Shown here: positions 48,787 to 58,929 of the stretch, in pieces
How the letters are laid out: each line of letters begins with the position of its first letter
Position numbering within the stretch: the first letter of the stretch is position 1
Assembly: GCA_965228895.1 (NCBI GenBank)
Contig: OZ245842.1
Coordinates: 896,001-960,000, forward strand
Source: Alphaproteobacteria bacterium
GTDB taxonomy: Bacteria > Pseudomonadota > Alphaproteobacteria > SP197
Reading direction: 5' to 3'
DNA length: 64,000 nucleotides
Position numbers and translations under genes: made by a program
The notes under the pieces: model-generated
The model's database searches: none
What the model saw: only the letters and a program-made list of their open reading frames with translations
Told to the model about the DNA's origin: nothing

Positions 48787-50475
48787 CTACTTTGGGGCGG
48801 CAAACAGGTCCTTGCGCAACGTTTGCAGAACCGCTGGATCGATTTTTGTGTGAATGACGGCCGGCGAACCATCAGAAAGGGCGGATTCAAGGGCTGCCCC
48901 CAGTTCACCAGGTGCTTCGGCGCGCCATCCGTTCGCCCCGCACAGGCGCGCGACCTCGTCATAGGGTGGGCTCGCGATATCGGCGCCCAGCAGGCGTCCG
49001 CCGAAAAATTCGCTCTGGTAGGCTTTTTCAGCACCCCAGGCGCCGTTATCCAGGACCACCGCGATGACGCCGAGCTTGTGGTGCACCGCCGAGGTGATCT
49101 CGGCCATGGTGAAACCGAACCCGCCATCGCCCATCACGGCGACGACCGGTCGGTCCGGCGCGGCGGCCTTGGCGCCCAGTGCCGCGGCATAGCCGAACCC
49201 TACCAAACCAAAGTCGAGCGGTGTGACCAGGCCCGGTGTCTGGTAATGGGCCAGCCGGTCGGCGGCGTTCAGACAGGCATTGCCGGTGTCCAACGTGACA
49301 ATCGCGTTGTCCGGCAAGGCGGCGCGGATCTCAGCCAGCGCACGATGGGGGTGAAGCGGTGTGCTGTCCAACCGTGCCTCGACCTCACGCTCGGCGTCGA
49401 GCGACGCGCGTCCCTCGCGGAAACCGGCCAGCCAGTCTGTCCAGCCGGCGCCGGTCAAGCCGTCCTGGGCAACCGTGTCGCCGAGTGCGATGGCCGTTTC
49501 GCGCGCATCCGCCTGAATGCCGAGCGAAACCGGGAAGTAGCGCCCGATGGCGCTGCCCTCGATGTCGACCTGGGCGATGGTCGCACTGGCCGAAACATAG
49601 TCGTGGCTCAGGAAGGTCGAGTTGAAGGCGAGCCGGGCACCCAGCACCAGGATGACATCGGCTTCGCGGGTCAGCCGGCTGGCGACGGCGTTGCCGCGTG
49701 GTCCGCCCTGGCCGGCAAAGAGCGGGTGGCCGTGCGGCATGACGTCGGCATGGCCGGTCGAGGCGACAACTGGAACATCGAGAGCTTCTGCCAGATCGCG
49801 CAGTGCCTGTGCACCGCCGGCCCATTTCAGACCGCCGCCCGCGACGATCACCGGCGCCTTGGCTTTTGCCAGCAGCGACACCATGGCCGCGACCTCATCG
49901 GGCGGGGGCGGGCCGGCCTTGGCGATCGTGACCGGGCCGGGTTCGGGTGCGGTCACATCCGCGGCAAAAAGATCACGCGGGACGTGAAGCACAACCGGTC
50001 CACGCCGCCCGCTCATGGCCAGGCGCATGGCATCGCGCAGCATGGGCGCCAGGCGCTCCGGCTCATTGACCATGATGGAGCGCTTGGAGATGGGCGCGAA
50101 GAGGCCGACCTGATCGACTTCCTGAAACGTGTCCTTGCCGAGATCGCGCCTGGAAATCGCGCCGGCGATGACGACCAGCGGCGAATAGGCAAGATGCGCT
50201 TCGGCGACGGCTGTCGTCAGATTGACGACACCGGGTCCCGCCTGCGCGCCCAGGACGATGCCGGGACCACCGGAGATGCGCGCGTAGGCGTCGGCCATAT
50301 GGCCGGCGGCACGTTCGTCGCGCGCGCCGATATAGGTGATCTCGTTGCCGCCCTGAAGGGCATCATAGAGTTCCAGCATGGAGCCGCCGAGCAGGCCGAA
50401 CACGGTCTTGACGCCCTGCTCGTGTAAGACCCGGTAGACGGCATCGCCGCCCTTGACGGTCGGCTTGTCGTTCAC
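48787..50475 (-). CDS. Thiamine-pyrophosphate enzyme (Xsc/acetolactate-synthase-like)
   Basis: RDERAAGHMADAYAR, GPG, TFQE, MGDGGF...NGAWGAEK. Confidence 0.9.
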   Translation of the reverse strand: MNDKPTVKGGDAVYRVLHEQGVKTVFGLLGGSMLELYDALQGGNEITYIGARDERAAGHMADAYARISGGPGIVLGAQAGPGVVNLTTAVAEAHLAYSPLVVIAGAISRRDLGKDTFQEVDQVGLFAPISKRSIMVNEPERLAPMLRDAMRLAMSGRRGPVVLHVPRDLFAADVTAPEPGPVTIAKAGPPPPDEVAAMVSLLAKAKAPVIVAGGGLKWAGGAQALRDLAEALDVPVVASTGHADVMPHGHPLFAGQGGPRGNAVASRLTREADVILVLGARLAFNSTFLSHDYVSASATIAQVDIEGSAIGRYFPVSLGIQADARETAIALGDTVAQDGLTGAGWTDWLAGFREGRASLDAEREVEARLDSTPLHPHRALAEIRAALPDNAIVTLDTGNACLNAADRLAHYQTPGLVTPLDFGLVGFGYAAALGAKAAAPDRPVVAVMGDGGFGFTMAEITSAVHHKLGVIAVVLDNGAWGAEKAYQSEFFGGRLLGADIASPPYDEVARLCGANGWRAEAPGELGAALESALSDGSPAVIHTKIDPAVLQTLRKDLFAAPK

Positions 50476-52424
50476 ACCGCTCTCCCTGCCTGCATGCCCT
50501 CAAAGACCGCTTCTTCCGCCGTGCGCGGCACGACACAGTCGCCGATCGCCTGCACGTCAACATCCAAACCAGCAAGGTCCATTTCCAACGTGCTTTCGGC
50601 TTGGTGCCCAAGCGCCAGGACGACGGTATCGATCGCGTCCAGAATAATCGGCTCTTCGGTCAACGTGTCCTGGAAGTAGGCCGCGCCATCGTCGGCGCCG
50701 AACAGGCGCGCATGGGTTCTGATCGTGACGCCCAAGCGGTGCAGGCGCCCGACATAATGGTTGCGCATGTAGATCTGCAAGGTCTCGCCCGCCATCGCCG
50801 CGTTGACGCATAAGGTAACGGCGGATCCGGCCTTGGCGAGCCGTTCGGCGAGGCCCAGGCCAATCCAGTCCGCGCGCCAGTCGGCGATGGCGACGGCGGC
50901 GCCGACATTCGCCCGGTCCTGCAGCACGTCCCATGCCGTCACCACATGGGCGCTGTCGTCGATGCCTTCGAGCTGCGGCAGGTAGGGCGTCGCGCCGGTC
51001 GCGATGATGACGCTGTCGGGCTGAAGGTCGCGGACAAGATCCGCCGTGACCGGCGTGCCCCTTACAATCGTGACGCCCGCCAGGACCATCTCGCGTTCAA
51101 GGTTGGTGATGATGCCGCCGAATTCATCGCGTCCGGGCAAGGCTTGGGCAAGCCGCGCCTGGCCGCCGAGTTGCGGTTGGCTCTCGTAGAGCGTGACGTC
51201 GTGTCCCCGCGCGGCAGCGGTGGCTGCGGCTTTCATGCCGGCAGGTCCGCTACCCGCGACGATGATCGTCTTACGCTTGGACGCTGGCGGCAGCGCGCCG
51301 TACTCAAGCTCGCGCCCGGATTCCGGATGCTGGATGCAGGAGATGCCCAAGCCCTTGTGCGCGCGCCCGATGCAGGCCTGGTTGCAGGCGATGCAGGCGC
51401 GGATGTCGTCGAGCCTGCCGCTTTTTGCCTTCGTTGCCATGTCGGCGTCGCAGATCATCGCGCGCGTCATGCCGCAGAGGTCGGCTTGCCCTTCCGCGAT
51501 GACCTGTTCTGCGATCTGCGGCTGGTTGATGCGGCCGGTGACGATGACGGGTATCGACGTCGCCGCCTTGATGGCAGCGGCGAACGGCGCGACATAGGCA
51601 TGATCGAAACCCATCGCCGGCACAACGTGCACCGACCCGCCAAGACTGGCGGATGTCCCGGCAACGACGCTGACATAGTCGAGGTCGCGGTCGATCGCCC
51701 GAACGATGTCCAAGACTTCAGCGTCGGTCAGGCCATCGGCATCCAATTCGGCGCCGGAGATGCGCATGCCGACAACGTGGCCGTCGGTGGCCTGTCGTAT
51801 GGCGGCGATGATCTCTTTCACGAAGCGCAGGCGCCGGTCAACGTCGCCGCCCCAGGTGTCGTCGCGCAGGTTGATGCGCCGGTTGAGGAATTGGGCCGGC
51901 AGGTAGCCCTGGCTCGCGACGATCTCGAAACCGTCAAACCCGGCTTCGGCCAGATAGCCCGCTGCCTGCGCGTAGCCCTTGATGACATCGGCAATCAGTG
52001 CGTCCGACATCGGTTTGGGCATGATGTGGAAGCGTTCGTTGGGCACCGCCGACGGCGCATAGGCAATCGGCATCATGCCCGCATGCGCGGAGAGGATCTC
52101 ACGGCCGGGGTGAAACAACTGGGCGAACAGGCGTGTGCCGTGCGCATGACAGACCTTGGCCAGCTTGGCATAGGCGGGGACGACGTCGGGGCTGGCGGCC
52201 TTCAACAAGTCGCGGGAAAATCCGGCGGTCTCGTGGACCGCGACAATCTCGGTCACGATCAGACCGGCACCGCCCTTGGCGCGCGCCTCGTGATAGGCGA
52301 TCAGCCGCTCATCCGGCACCTCGTCGGAAAGATAGGTGTGGTGGCCCGTGGAGACGATACGGTTCGCCACGACGCAGCGGCCGATCTCGATCTCCGAGAA
52401 CAGGTGGGGGAAGGGCGTGCTCAA
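50472..52424 (-). CDS. NADH:flavin oxidoreductase (OYE-like TIM barrel + FeS + FAD domain; DgcA/TMADH-like)
   Basis: ARAKGGAGL, GYLPAQFL, CIACNQAC..C, GSGPAG; TTG start overlaps the mttB stop. Confidence 0.9.
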   Translation of the reverse strand: MSTPFPHLFSEIEIGRCVVANRIVSTGHHTYLSDEVPDERLIAYHEARAKGGAGLIVTEIVAVHETAGFSRDLLKAASPDVVPAYAKLAKVCHAHGTRLFAQLFHPGREILSAHAGMMPIAYAPSAVPNERFHIMPKPMSDALIADVIKGYAQAAGYLAEAGFDGFEIVASQGYLPAQFLNRRINLRDDTWGGDVDRRLRFVKEIIAAIRQATDGHVVGMRISGAELDADGLTDAEVLDIVRAIDRDLDYVSVVAGTSASLGGSVHVVPAMGFDHAYVAPFAAAIKAATSIPVIVTGRINQPQIAEQVIAEGQADLCGMTRAMICDADMATKAKSGRLDDIRACIACNQACIGRAHKGLGISCIQHPESGRELEYGALPPASKRKTIIVAGSGPAGMKAAATAAARGHDVTLYESQPQLGGQARLAQALPGRDEFGGIITNLEREMVLAGVTIVRGTPVTADLVRDLQPDSVIIATGATPYLPQLEGIDDSAHVVTAWDVLQDRANVGAAVAIADWRADWIGLGLAERLAKAGSAVTLCVNAAMAGETLQIYMRNHYVGRLHRLGVTIRTHARLFGADDGAAYFQDTLTEEPIILDAIDTVVLALGHQAESTLEMDLAGLDVDVQAIGDCVVPRTAEEAVFEGMQAGRAV

Positions 52425-53974
52425 CCTGGTCGTCCGATATCGGCCCGCGACAGAAGGAGATCATAGCGTTCGCGCAGCGCCCGGTCAGTCGTGTCGTCCA
52501 GGTGATCGGGATAGTGCCGGGTCAGGATGTCTTTGGCCCGCTCCCTGGCGCGCGTGCGCATGTCGGTAGCACCATCGGCTTCCCAGTCATCCGGTGACCG
52601 CCGGTCGCCGACCACCGGATAGACGTAATCCGCCTTCATGCGCGCAAGCGTTTGCGCGTGACCGAGATAGTGACCTTCGCCGCGGCAGACCTCGGCGATG
52701 ACGGCGCTTGCGATGGTCTCCGGCGTCGCCTCGACGCCACGCACGGACCGCAGGATCGCGCCAAGCATGTCGTTGTCGACGACGTAGGCTTCGAGCGACG
52801 CACCCAGCAGGCTCGCCTGCATGCCGCAAGCTTGGGTGATCAGGTTGCAGCCGGCGTGCGCCGCCAAGCTGACGGCGAGGTTCTTCTCATAACCGTGCTG
52901 GGCATCGGCGATCTTGGCGTCGGTAATGCCGGCGATCGAGCTGGTCGGCAGATCGTAGAAACGGCCCATCTGGGCGGCCGCCGCCATCAAAATGGCCTGT
53001 TCGCCGCCGCCGCCGCACATGGCGCCGGTTCTGAGATCGGCAACCAGCGGCTTGGGCGCGAAGATCGCCGCCACATTTGGGTCGATGAGACGCACGAAGA
53101 CAAGCGCGGCCAAGGTCTCCGCCACCGACTGGGCAAGCGATCCGGCAACGGTCGCCGGGCTGGTCGCACCGGCCTGGCCGGCGGCGATGAGCTGGACCGG
53201 AAATCCTGCCAGGACGGCGGCTTCAAGCGTCTCGCACGCTTCTTCGGCAAAACGCATCGGCGGTACGACGTGACAGACCATGACCGTCAGGAACGGACGT
53301 TCGCGGAACGCCTTCTCACCACCGGCGATCGTGTAGCAGATATCCGCAATCGGCTTCACGTGTTCGGGTTCGGTGATGCTGACGCTGACCGGTTTCGCTG
53401 TGCCGGCGAGGCAGGCGTAGGCGGTATTCACATCCATCGAGAGGTTGTCCGGCGCGTCGCGCGCGACCAGCGACCGGCTGAAGTGGTGCACGTGCTCCAT
53501 GGCATCAACCAGGCGCGCGGCATCATAGAGATCCTTGGTCGCGGCATCGCGGTACCGGCCGGTGTCAAGGTCGACGATGCTCGGCGAGGCACCGCCCGAA
53601 CTCGTATGCACGCGCGCATCGGAGAGATCGAGGGCGAGACCCGGCCGTTGTCCGTGCAGCACCACGTCACGCCTGGCCGTCTCGATCGATTTCAAGACGA
53701 GATCGCGCGGAAACAACAGACGCCCGTCGTCGGTCAGGCGGCCGCCATGGGCGGTAACCTTGTCGACCATGGACGGGATCGCCTGACTGAGGCCCAGCGT
53801 TTCGAGCAAATGAAGCGCTGCCTCATGGACGGCTAATTCCTCGTCGTTCGACAGCGGCCTATAGCGGCCGCCGACAACGCCGGGCCAAACCGCCGGCGGA
53901 TCGACCTGCTCGGCCGCCTGGACGCCGCGGTCCCGGCGTCCGCGCCTTACTCGTGTGGTCGCCTGATCGCCCAT
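52421..53974 (-). CDS. Trimethylamine methyltransferase (MttB) superfamily, non-pyrrolysine
   Basis: AGATSPATVAG.L.Q..AE.L, DLRTGA, DAK..DAQ.G.EK, GHYLG..QT. Confidence 0.92.
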   Translation of the reverse strand: MGDQATTRVRRGRRDRGVQAAEQVDPPAVWPGVVGGRYRPLSNDEELAVHEAALHLLETLGLSQAIPSMVDKVTAHGGRLTDDGRLLFPRDLVLKSIETARRDVVLHGQRPGLALDLSDARVHTSSGGASPSIVDLDTGRYRDAATKDLYDAARLVDAMEHVHHFSRSLVARDAPDNLSMDVNTAYACLAGTAKPVSVSITEPEHVKPIADICYTIAGGEKAFRERPFLTVMVCHVVPPMRFAEEACETLEAAVLAGFPVQLIAAGQAGATSPATVAGSLAQSVAETLAALVFVRLIDPNVAAIFAPKPLVADLRTGAMCGGGGEQAILMAAAAQMGRFYDLPTSSIAGITDAKIADAQHGYEKNLAVSLAAHAGCNLITQACGMQASLLGASLEAYVVDNDMLGAILRSVRGVEATPETIASAVIAEVCRGEGHYLGHAQTLARMKADYVYPVVGDRRSPDDWEADGATDMRTRARERAKDILTRHYPDHLDDTTDRALRERYDLLLSRADIGRPG

Positions 53975-54090
53975 GCGTTCAGCCTACAGACCAAGATTAT
54001 TCATCCATTTGAACGCTAGTGATTTGTAGTCGGTGTTACAAACGAGTCTTCGTTCTCTTATAACTAAGAAAAATTCATCTATAGAATGAT

Positions 54091-54966
54091 GTGATGCAAC
54101 AGCTTCCGCCATTCGCCGCCATCCGCGCCTTCGAAGCTGCCGCCCGGCATCTGAGCTTTAAGGAGGCTGCGGTTGAACTTGGTCTGACACCGACGGCCAT
54201 CAGCCATCAGATCAAACAGCTCGAGCAACTGGCCGGGCGCGCCCTGTTCATCCGGCATACCCGACGCGTCGAGCTAACGGCCGACGGCCGGCGCTTTGCC
54301 GAAGAGACCGCGCCGGCGCTCGACGTGCTGGCGTCAGCATTTGCCAAGCTATGCGACAGTTCAGGCCGTCACAGCGTAACGCTCGGCGCCGGTCCGATCT
54401 TCGCGTCGCGCTGGCTGGTGCCGCGCCTGGCCGATTTCTGGGCGGCGCATCCCGGCATCGATTTGAGGCTGCATCATTCACCTTTGCCGGTATGGCAGCA
54501 GATCGCCCAGTTCGATCTGGCTGTGGCGTGGGGTGCCGGCGGCTGGCCCGGCGTTGCCTGCGAGCCGCTGCTGCGCATCGAGGTCTCACCCGTCGTGTCG
54601 CCGGATATTGCACGTCAGCTACCGGACCCGCCGTCCCCGGCGCACCTTCTGACACTGCCTCTGCTGCATCATCGCAACGCCACGGGCTGGCGCGAGTGGT
54701 TTCAAGCCGTTGGCGTGTCGATGCCGGAAGACCTGCCAGGCATCGTGTTTGAAGACGCCAATGTCATGACCCAGGCGGCGTTGTCAGGCCGCGGCGCGGC
54801 GCTCGGCGTTCTCCCGTTTGTCAGCGATGAACTGTCGGGCGGACGTCTGGTGCAACCCTTTGCGCTCAGCATCGATCCGGGCGACGCCTACTTTCTGATC
54901 TATCGTCAACGCGCGCTTACCCACGATGCCGTGGCCGCCGTCAGGCAATGGCTGCTTGAAAGCTGA
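54091..54966 (+). CDS. LysR regulator, GcvA-like
   Basis: LPP..AIRAFEAAARHLSFKEAAVELGLTPTAISHQIK; divergent from mttB. Confidence 0.93.
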   Translation: MMQQLPPFAAIRAFEAAARHLSFKEAAVELGLTPTAISHQIKQLEQLAGRALFIRHTRRVELTADGRRFAEETAPALDVLASAFAKLCDSSGRHSVTLGAGPIFASRWLVPRLADFWAAHPGIDLRLHHSPLPVWQQIAQFDLAVAWGAGGWPGVACEPLLRIEVSPVVSPDIARQLPDPPSPAHLLTLPLLHHRNATGWREWFQAVGVSMPEDLPGIVFEDANVMTQAALSGRGAALGVLPFVSDELSGGRLVQPFALSIDPGDAYFLIYRQRALTHDAVAAVRQWLLES

Positions 54967-54980
54967 TCGCGCGGCGCGCG

Positions 54981-55646
54981 CTAGGTGGAACGCAGGTTCA
55001 GCGGGACGGACAGGTATACGCCGAACTCCTGGCCGATATCGCAGCTGATCCGCGCATGCACACGGCCTTGCCTGTCGAGAAAACGTTGGTTGTTGTCGAC
55101 CGGAAAGATGCCTTCGTGCCAGATGTTGGGGTGGATATAGAGACCGCGATGGCCGTCGCACCAAAAGGCGACGACCTTGTCGGGCGTCAGGTCGTCACCG
55201 GGCAGGGCAACCGGCACGACGAACGGAGTCTTGTCGAGCGGGAAGAAGAGCTGGCCGCCGTCGGGGTGGTAGTTCAGGTGCCACAAAAGGACGCGATCTC
55301 TGGACACGGTCTGCTTTTCGGCCGATGCCCTTTGCGGATCGGTCGACCAGCCGAGGACATAGTGGCCGTTGACCGCATCGTTGGTGCCCATCAAGACGTC
55401 GCCTGACCAGTTGCCGTGGAAGACGCCTTCGACCCATCCGGCTTCATCACCGGTACCCTCGTCGACTGGGCGCCAGCCCTGCTGGGGCCAGCGAACGATC
55501 TCGATCTCAACGTCATCGGGTTCGTCGACCAGGCAGCCGTAGCCTTTCACAGAGTCGTCGGTCGCTTCGATCAGCGGCACGTCAACGAGATCCAGCGACG
55601 GTTTGTCGCTGGCCTCGAACAGATAGGTCGGCGCAGCTTGGTTCAC
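54981..55646 (-). CDS. Ureidoglycolate lyase/hydrolase-like protein
   Basis: NYHPDGGQLFFP...GLYIHPNIWH cupin-like motifs. Confidence 0.75.
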   Translation of the reverse strand: MNQAAPTYLFEASDKPSLDLVDVPLIEATDDSVKGYGCLVDEPDDVEIEIVRWPQQGWRPVDEGTGDEAGWVEGVFHGNWSGDVLMGTNDAVNGHYVLGWSTDPQRASAEKQTVSRDRVLLWHLNYHPDGGQLFFPLDKTPFVVPVALPGDDLTPDKVVAFWCDGHRGLYIHPNIWHEGIFPVDNNQRFLDRQGRVHARISCDIGQEFGVYLSVPLNLRST

Positions 55647-55729
55647 CCCAACATCTCCCGTTCGGCGCAGCCTGAGGTCGCAAGGCTACCACAAGTCCGC
55701 CTGGCGGCGCCCCGGGCCATCTGGACGAC

Positions 55730-56875
55730 CTAAGCCGTCAGGCGTCGCGAGATGTAGCCGGCAAACTCGTGGTTTTCGCGTTCCAGCCAGGAGAGCGGGC
55801 CGGGCTCAGCGAGCGGTGCGGCGGTACCTTCGAAGAGTCCTTCGACAACGAAGCGGTCCTCGAGGTTGACCTCCCAGAGGAAGTCCGCGGCCTCGGTGAC
55901 GAGGGCCTCGCGGTCGTTGTTGGCGGCAAGTTTTTCGGGCGCGAACGCGACGCCGTAGCGGATTGACACCTTGTCGATGCCGTCCGGCTGCAGTGACAGA
56001 TACCAGAGATGATCCGGCGCCAGGACATACATGTGGCTGGGAAACACGGTCGGCATGATGGACGTTGTGCGCCATCGTCCCTTCAGAACCTTGTTATCGG
56101 GGTGAGCGGTGCCAATCGGCGCTTCAGTCGTCTTCTGGAACAACTGGTAGGTGAAGGCCTCATGCGGCGGCCCGTCGCCGAACTCCGTCTCCTCGGCGGG
56201 AAAAAAACCGCCGACGGTCTTCCGATGGGTCACCGGCAGATGATAGCCCTCCATGAAGTTTTCGGTCAGCAGCTTCCAGTTGGTGTTCCAGACGTGGTCG
56301 CGGCGCACGACCTCCACATAATCGCCCATGCGGTAGTCCGCAGCGATCTCGTCAAGCGGCGCCAGGAGATTGGCAACACTTTCGGCCTCTTCGTTCAAGG
56401 TAACGTAAACCCAACCGTTCCAGATCTCCGATCGAACGGGGTGCAGGCGAACGTGTTTCTTGTCGAAGCCTTCCGTCTTCTCCATGTGCTTGACCGCAAC
56501 CAGCCGGCCGTCGATGTCGTAGGTCCAGGCGTGATAGGGGCAGACGATCCGCCGGCAACTGCCGGCGCCATCCAGCAGGCGCATCATGCGGTGGCGGCAG
56601 ATGTTCGACCAGGCGTTCACCGCGCCATCGGAGCCGCGCATCACGATGATCGGTTGGTCGACGATGCGATAGGTGAAGTAGTCACCCTTCTTCGGTATCG
56701 ACTCCGCACGCCCGGCGCACAGCCAGTCGCGGCGAAAGATCCGATCGAGCTCAAGCGCATGGATTTCGGGATCGTGATAGATCTCCGGCGGCATGGCGGT
56801 CGCTTGCTCAAGCGGCCGCTTGGCCAGCGCCTTCAGCTTCTTCAGTGTGGGATTAACGGGCTTGCGTGCCGCCAT
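55730..56875 (-). CDS. Rieske oxygenase alpha subunit (betaine/choline monooxygenase-like)
   Basis: CRHR...CPYHAW Rieske motif; NWKLLTENFMEGYHLPVTH; ED. Confidence 0.93.
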   Translation of the reverse strand: MAARKPVNPTLKKLKALAKRPLEQATAMPPEIYHDPEIHALELDRIFRRDWLCAGRAESIPKKGDYFTYRIVDQPIIVMRGSDGAVNAWSNICRHRMMRLLDGAGSCRRIVCPYHAWTYDIDGRLVAVKHMEKTEGFDKKHVRLHPVRSEIWNGWVYVTLNEEAESVANLLAPLDEIAADYRMGDYVEVVRRDHVWNTNWKLLTENFMEGYHLPVTHRKTVGGFFPAEETEFGDGPPHEAFTYQLFQKTTEAPIGTAHPDNKVLKGRWRTTSIMPTVFPSHMYVLAPDHLWYLSLQPDGIDKVSIRYGVAFAPEKLAANNDREALVTEAADFLWEVNLEDRFVVEGLFEGTAAPLAEPGPLSWLERENHEFAGYISRRLTA

Positions 56876-57036
56876 GATCTGCTCCCGACAAAGAAACGCG
56901 CGTGCCGATCCCGGCAAACGCAGGCGACCTTATGGTATCGATGAACCCGTGGTCCAGGGCAATCGGCATAGATTTGTTCTATGAAGCGGACAGGCCGAGA
57001 CTATGAGCAGCGACGGTTGCCGATCCGCTATCTCTT

Positions 57037-58023
57037 CTAGGCGTCCAACTCGAACGTCATCCAGACCTGGACAATGACCGCATCGTCGCCGTCGCGCGTG
57101 CAGGTGAGTTCCAGATCGGCGAGCCGCCGACTGTCCTCTTTGCGCAGCGCCAGGATCTTGCCGTCATAGGTCAGGGGATCGCCGACCCAGAAGACGTTGG
57201 TGAACCGGCTGCGGAAGCTTCGGACGTTCGGGGCCCCGAGCCACCGGGCCGCATAGCTCGCCAGGCCGCCGGCCTGGTGCATGCCGACGCCGAACATGCC
57301 GGGGAAACCCTCGGCCCGTGCGTGGGCGATGTCGTAGTGCAGGGGGTTATCCTCACCGCCGGCGGCTTGATAGCGCACCATCTCATGCATGGTGAGCGGG
57401 CCGAGGGAGACCGGCCCCGGGCCGCTGCCGACCTTGAGGTCCGCCCACGTGTTGGGTTTGATCGCGGCAAAGGGATCGGGTGGTTCCAGGCTGGTGTAGT
57501 TCGGCCGGTAGGCCGGTGGTTCGGATCCCCAATCCGTCGGTTCGTCCGATGCGCCATGGGTGGTAACCGTGGTCGAGCGCGCTTCGGCGACAAGGGTGCC
57601 GTCGCCATCGCGAAACTCCGTCAACAAAACCAGGAAGGCCAGCCCACCGCCACGTTTGCTCGGCTTCTCCGTCATGGATTCCAGACAGGCGTGTGCTGTC
57701 AAGCGATCGCCGACGCGCGGTGGCGTTCCGTGAAATTGATAAGCTTCTTCGGCGTGCAGCGGCACACTGAGATCGTGATCCAGCTGTTCCAGCAAGGTCC
57801 CGCGCGGCCGTTCCAACGTGTAGCCCCAGTTGACGTTGGCCGTTGTCAGAAAGGTCGGCGGGATAACGGCGCGTTCGTCGTCCAGATAGGCGCGCCATGG
57901 TGCATAGACGGAACGCGCGAAAGCACGGACGGCGCCGCGCTCTATCGGCACGTCGAACGGCGGCCCGAATTGGCCGATGAGGTCAGAGGCATCCATGGCG
58001 CTGGTCTGTGTCTGCGATGGCAT
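57037..58023 (-). CDS. Double hot-dog MaoC-like dehydratase
   Basis: IPPTF...LHAEE and YQAAGGEDNPLHYD...G.PG. Confidence 0.85.
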   Translation of the reverse strand: MPSQTQTSAMDASDLIGQFGPPFDVPIERGAVRAFARSVYAPWRAYLDDERAVIPPTFLTTANVNWGYTLERPRGTLLEQLDHDLSVPLHAEEAYQFHGTPPRVGDRLTAHACLESMTEKPSKRGGGLAFLVLLTEFRDGDGTLVAEARSTTVTTHGASDEPTDWGSEPPAYRPNYTSLEPPDPFAAIKPNTWADLKVGSGPGPVSLGPLTMHEMVRYQAAGGEDNPLHYDIAHARAEGFPGMFGVGMHQAGGLASYAARWLGAPNVRSFRSRFTNVFWVGDPLTYDGKILALRKEDSRRLADLELTCTRDGDDAVIVQVWMTFELDA

Positions 58024-58154
58024 GGGCGAAAGCCCTCGTTGTCCTCTCACACGATACGCGGATTAGCGCCCAGATCGATGGGAAACTGTGCCGTGGTCAT
58101 CAGAGACGCCGCTGTTCTATGGTGGGCCTGATCTCAAGTAACAGGAATGCCAAG

Positions 58155-58904
58155 ATGACGAAACCGACAGCCGAAGACTGGTACGCAATGGAGCGGCTCA
58201 GCGATGATGTAACGCTGATCTGGGAACCCCATATCGATCCCGGCATCCGCTGCAACATGTGGCATGTTAGAGGCCGCGACCGCGATCTCTTGATCGATTC
58301 GGGATTGGGCGTGGCACCGCTGCGCCAGAGCATTGCCTTGCTGACCGAGCGGCCGATCTGGTGCCTTGGCACCCATAGTCACTTTGATCATGTCGGTGCC
58401 CATCACGAGTTTGACGAACGCATCATGCACGGCTCGGAGGTCGAGATCATGACGGCGCCGACGCGCGAAAACATGGTGATCGACAAGTATGTCACCGTCG
58501 ATATTTTCACCGCCTTCCCCTATGACGGCTTCGATGTCGACTCATACGTTGTAAAGGCCGCGCCGCCGACGCGGCTGGTCGACGAGGGCGACGTCATCGA
58601 TCTGGGCGAGCGTGTCTTCGACGTGCTTTACCTGCCGGGTCACTCGCTCGGCGAACTGGGGCTTTTTGAGCGGGAGACCGGCATCTTTTTTTCCGGCGAC
58701 TGCATCTACGACGGTTCGCTCATTGACGACGGTTCCGATTCGAACCCGGACGACTATGTCGAGAGCATGGAGCGGGTCAAGGAACTGCCCGTCACTGTCT
58801 GCCACGGTGGGCATTACGCAAGCATCGGTCGCGACCGCATGATCGAGATCGCCGATGACTACATCGCCGGCCGCCGCAAGGCCGGTTGTCCGGCGGCTCG
58901 CTAG
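58155..58904 (+). CDS. Metallo-beta-lactamase-fold hydrolase
   Basis: THSHFDHVG, PGHS, SGD, GH. Confidence 0.92.
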   Translation: MTKPTAEDWYAMERLSDDVTLIWEPHIDPGIRCNMWHVRGRDRDLLIDSGLGVAPLRQSIALLTERPIWCLGTHSHFDHVGAHHEFDERIMHGSEVEIMTAPTRENMVIDKYVTVDIFTAFPYDGFDVDSYVVKAAPPTRLVDEGDVIDLGERVFDVLYLPGHSLGELGLFERETGIFFSGDCIYDGSLIDDGSDSNPDDYVESMERVKELPVTVCHGGHYASIGRDRMIEIADDYIAGRRKAGCPAAR

Positions 58905-58929
58905 GTCCGAACCGCGGAGAACGCTCGGT

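Noticed and set aside
52421-53974. Pyrrolysine-containing trimethylamine methyltransferase
   Set aside because: The ORF is uninterrupted with no in-frame TAG; Ile occupies the equivalent site and there are no pyl genes.
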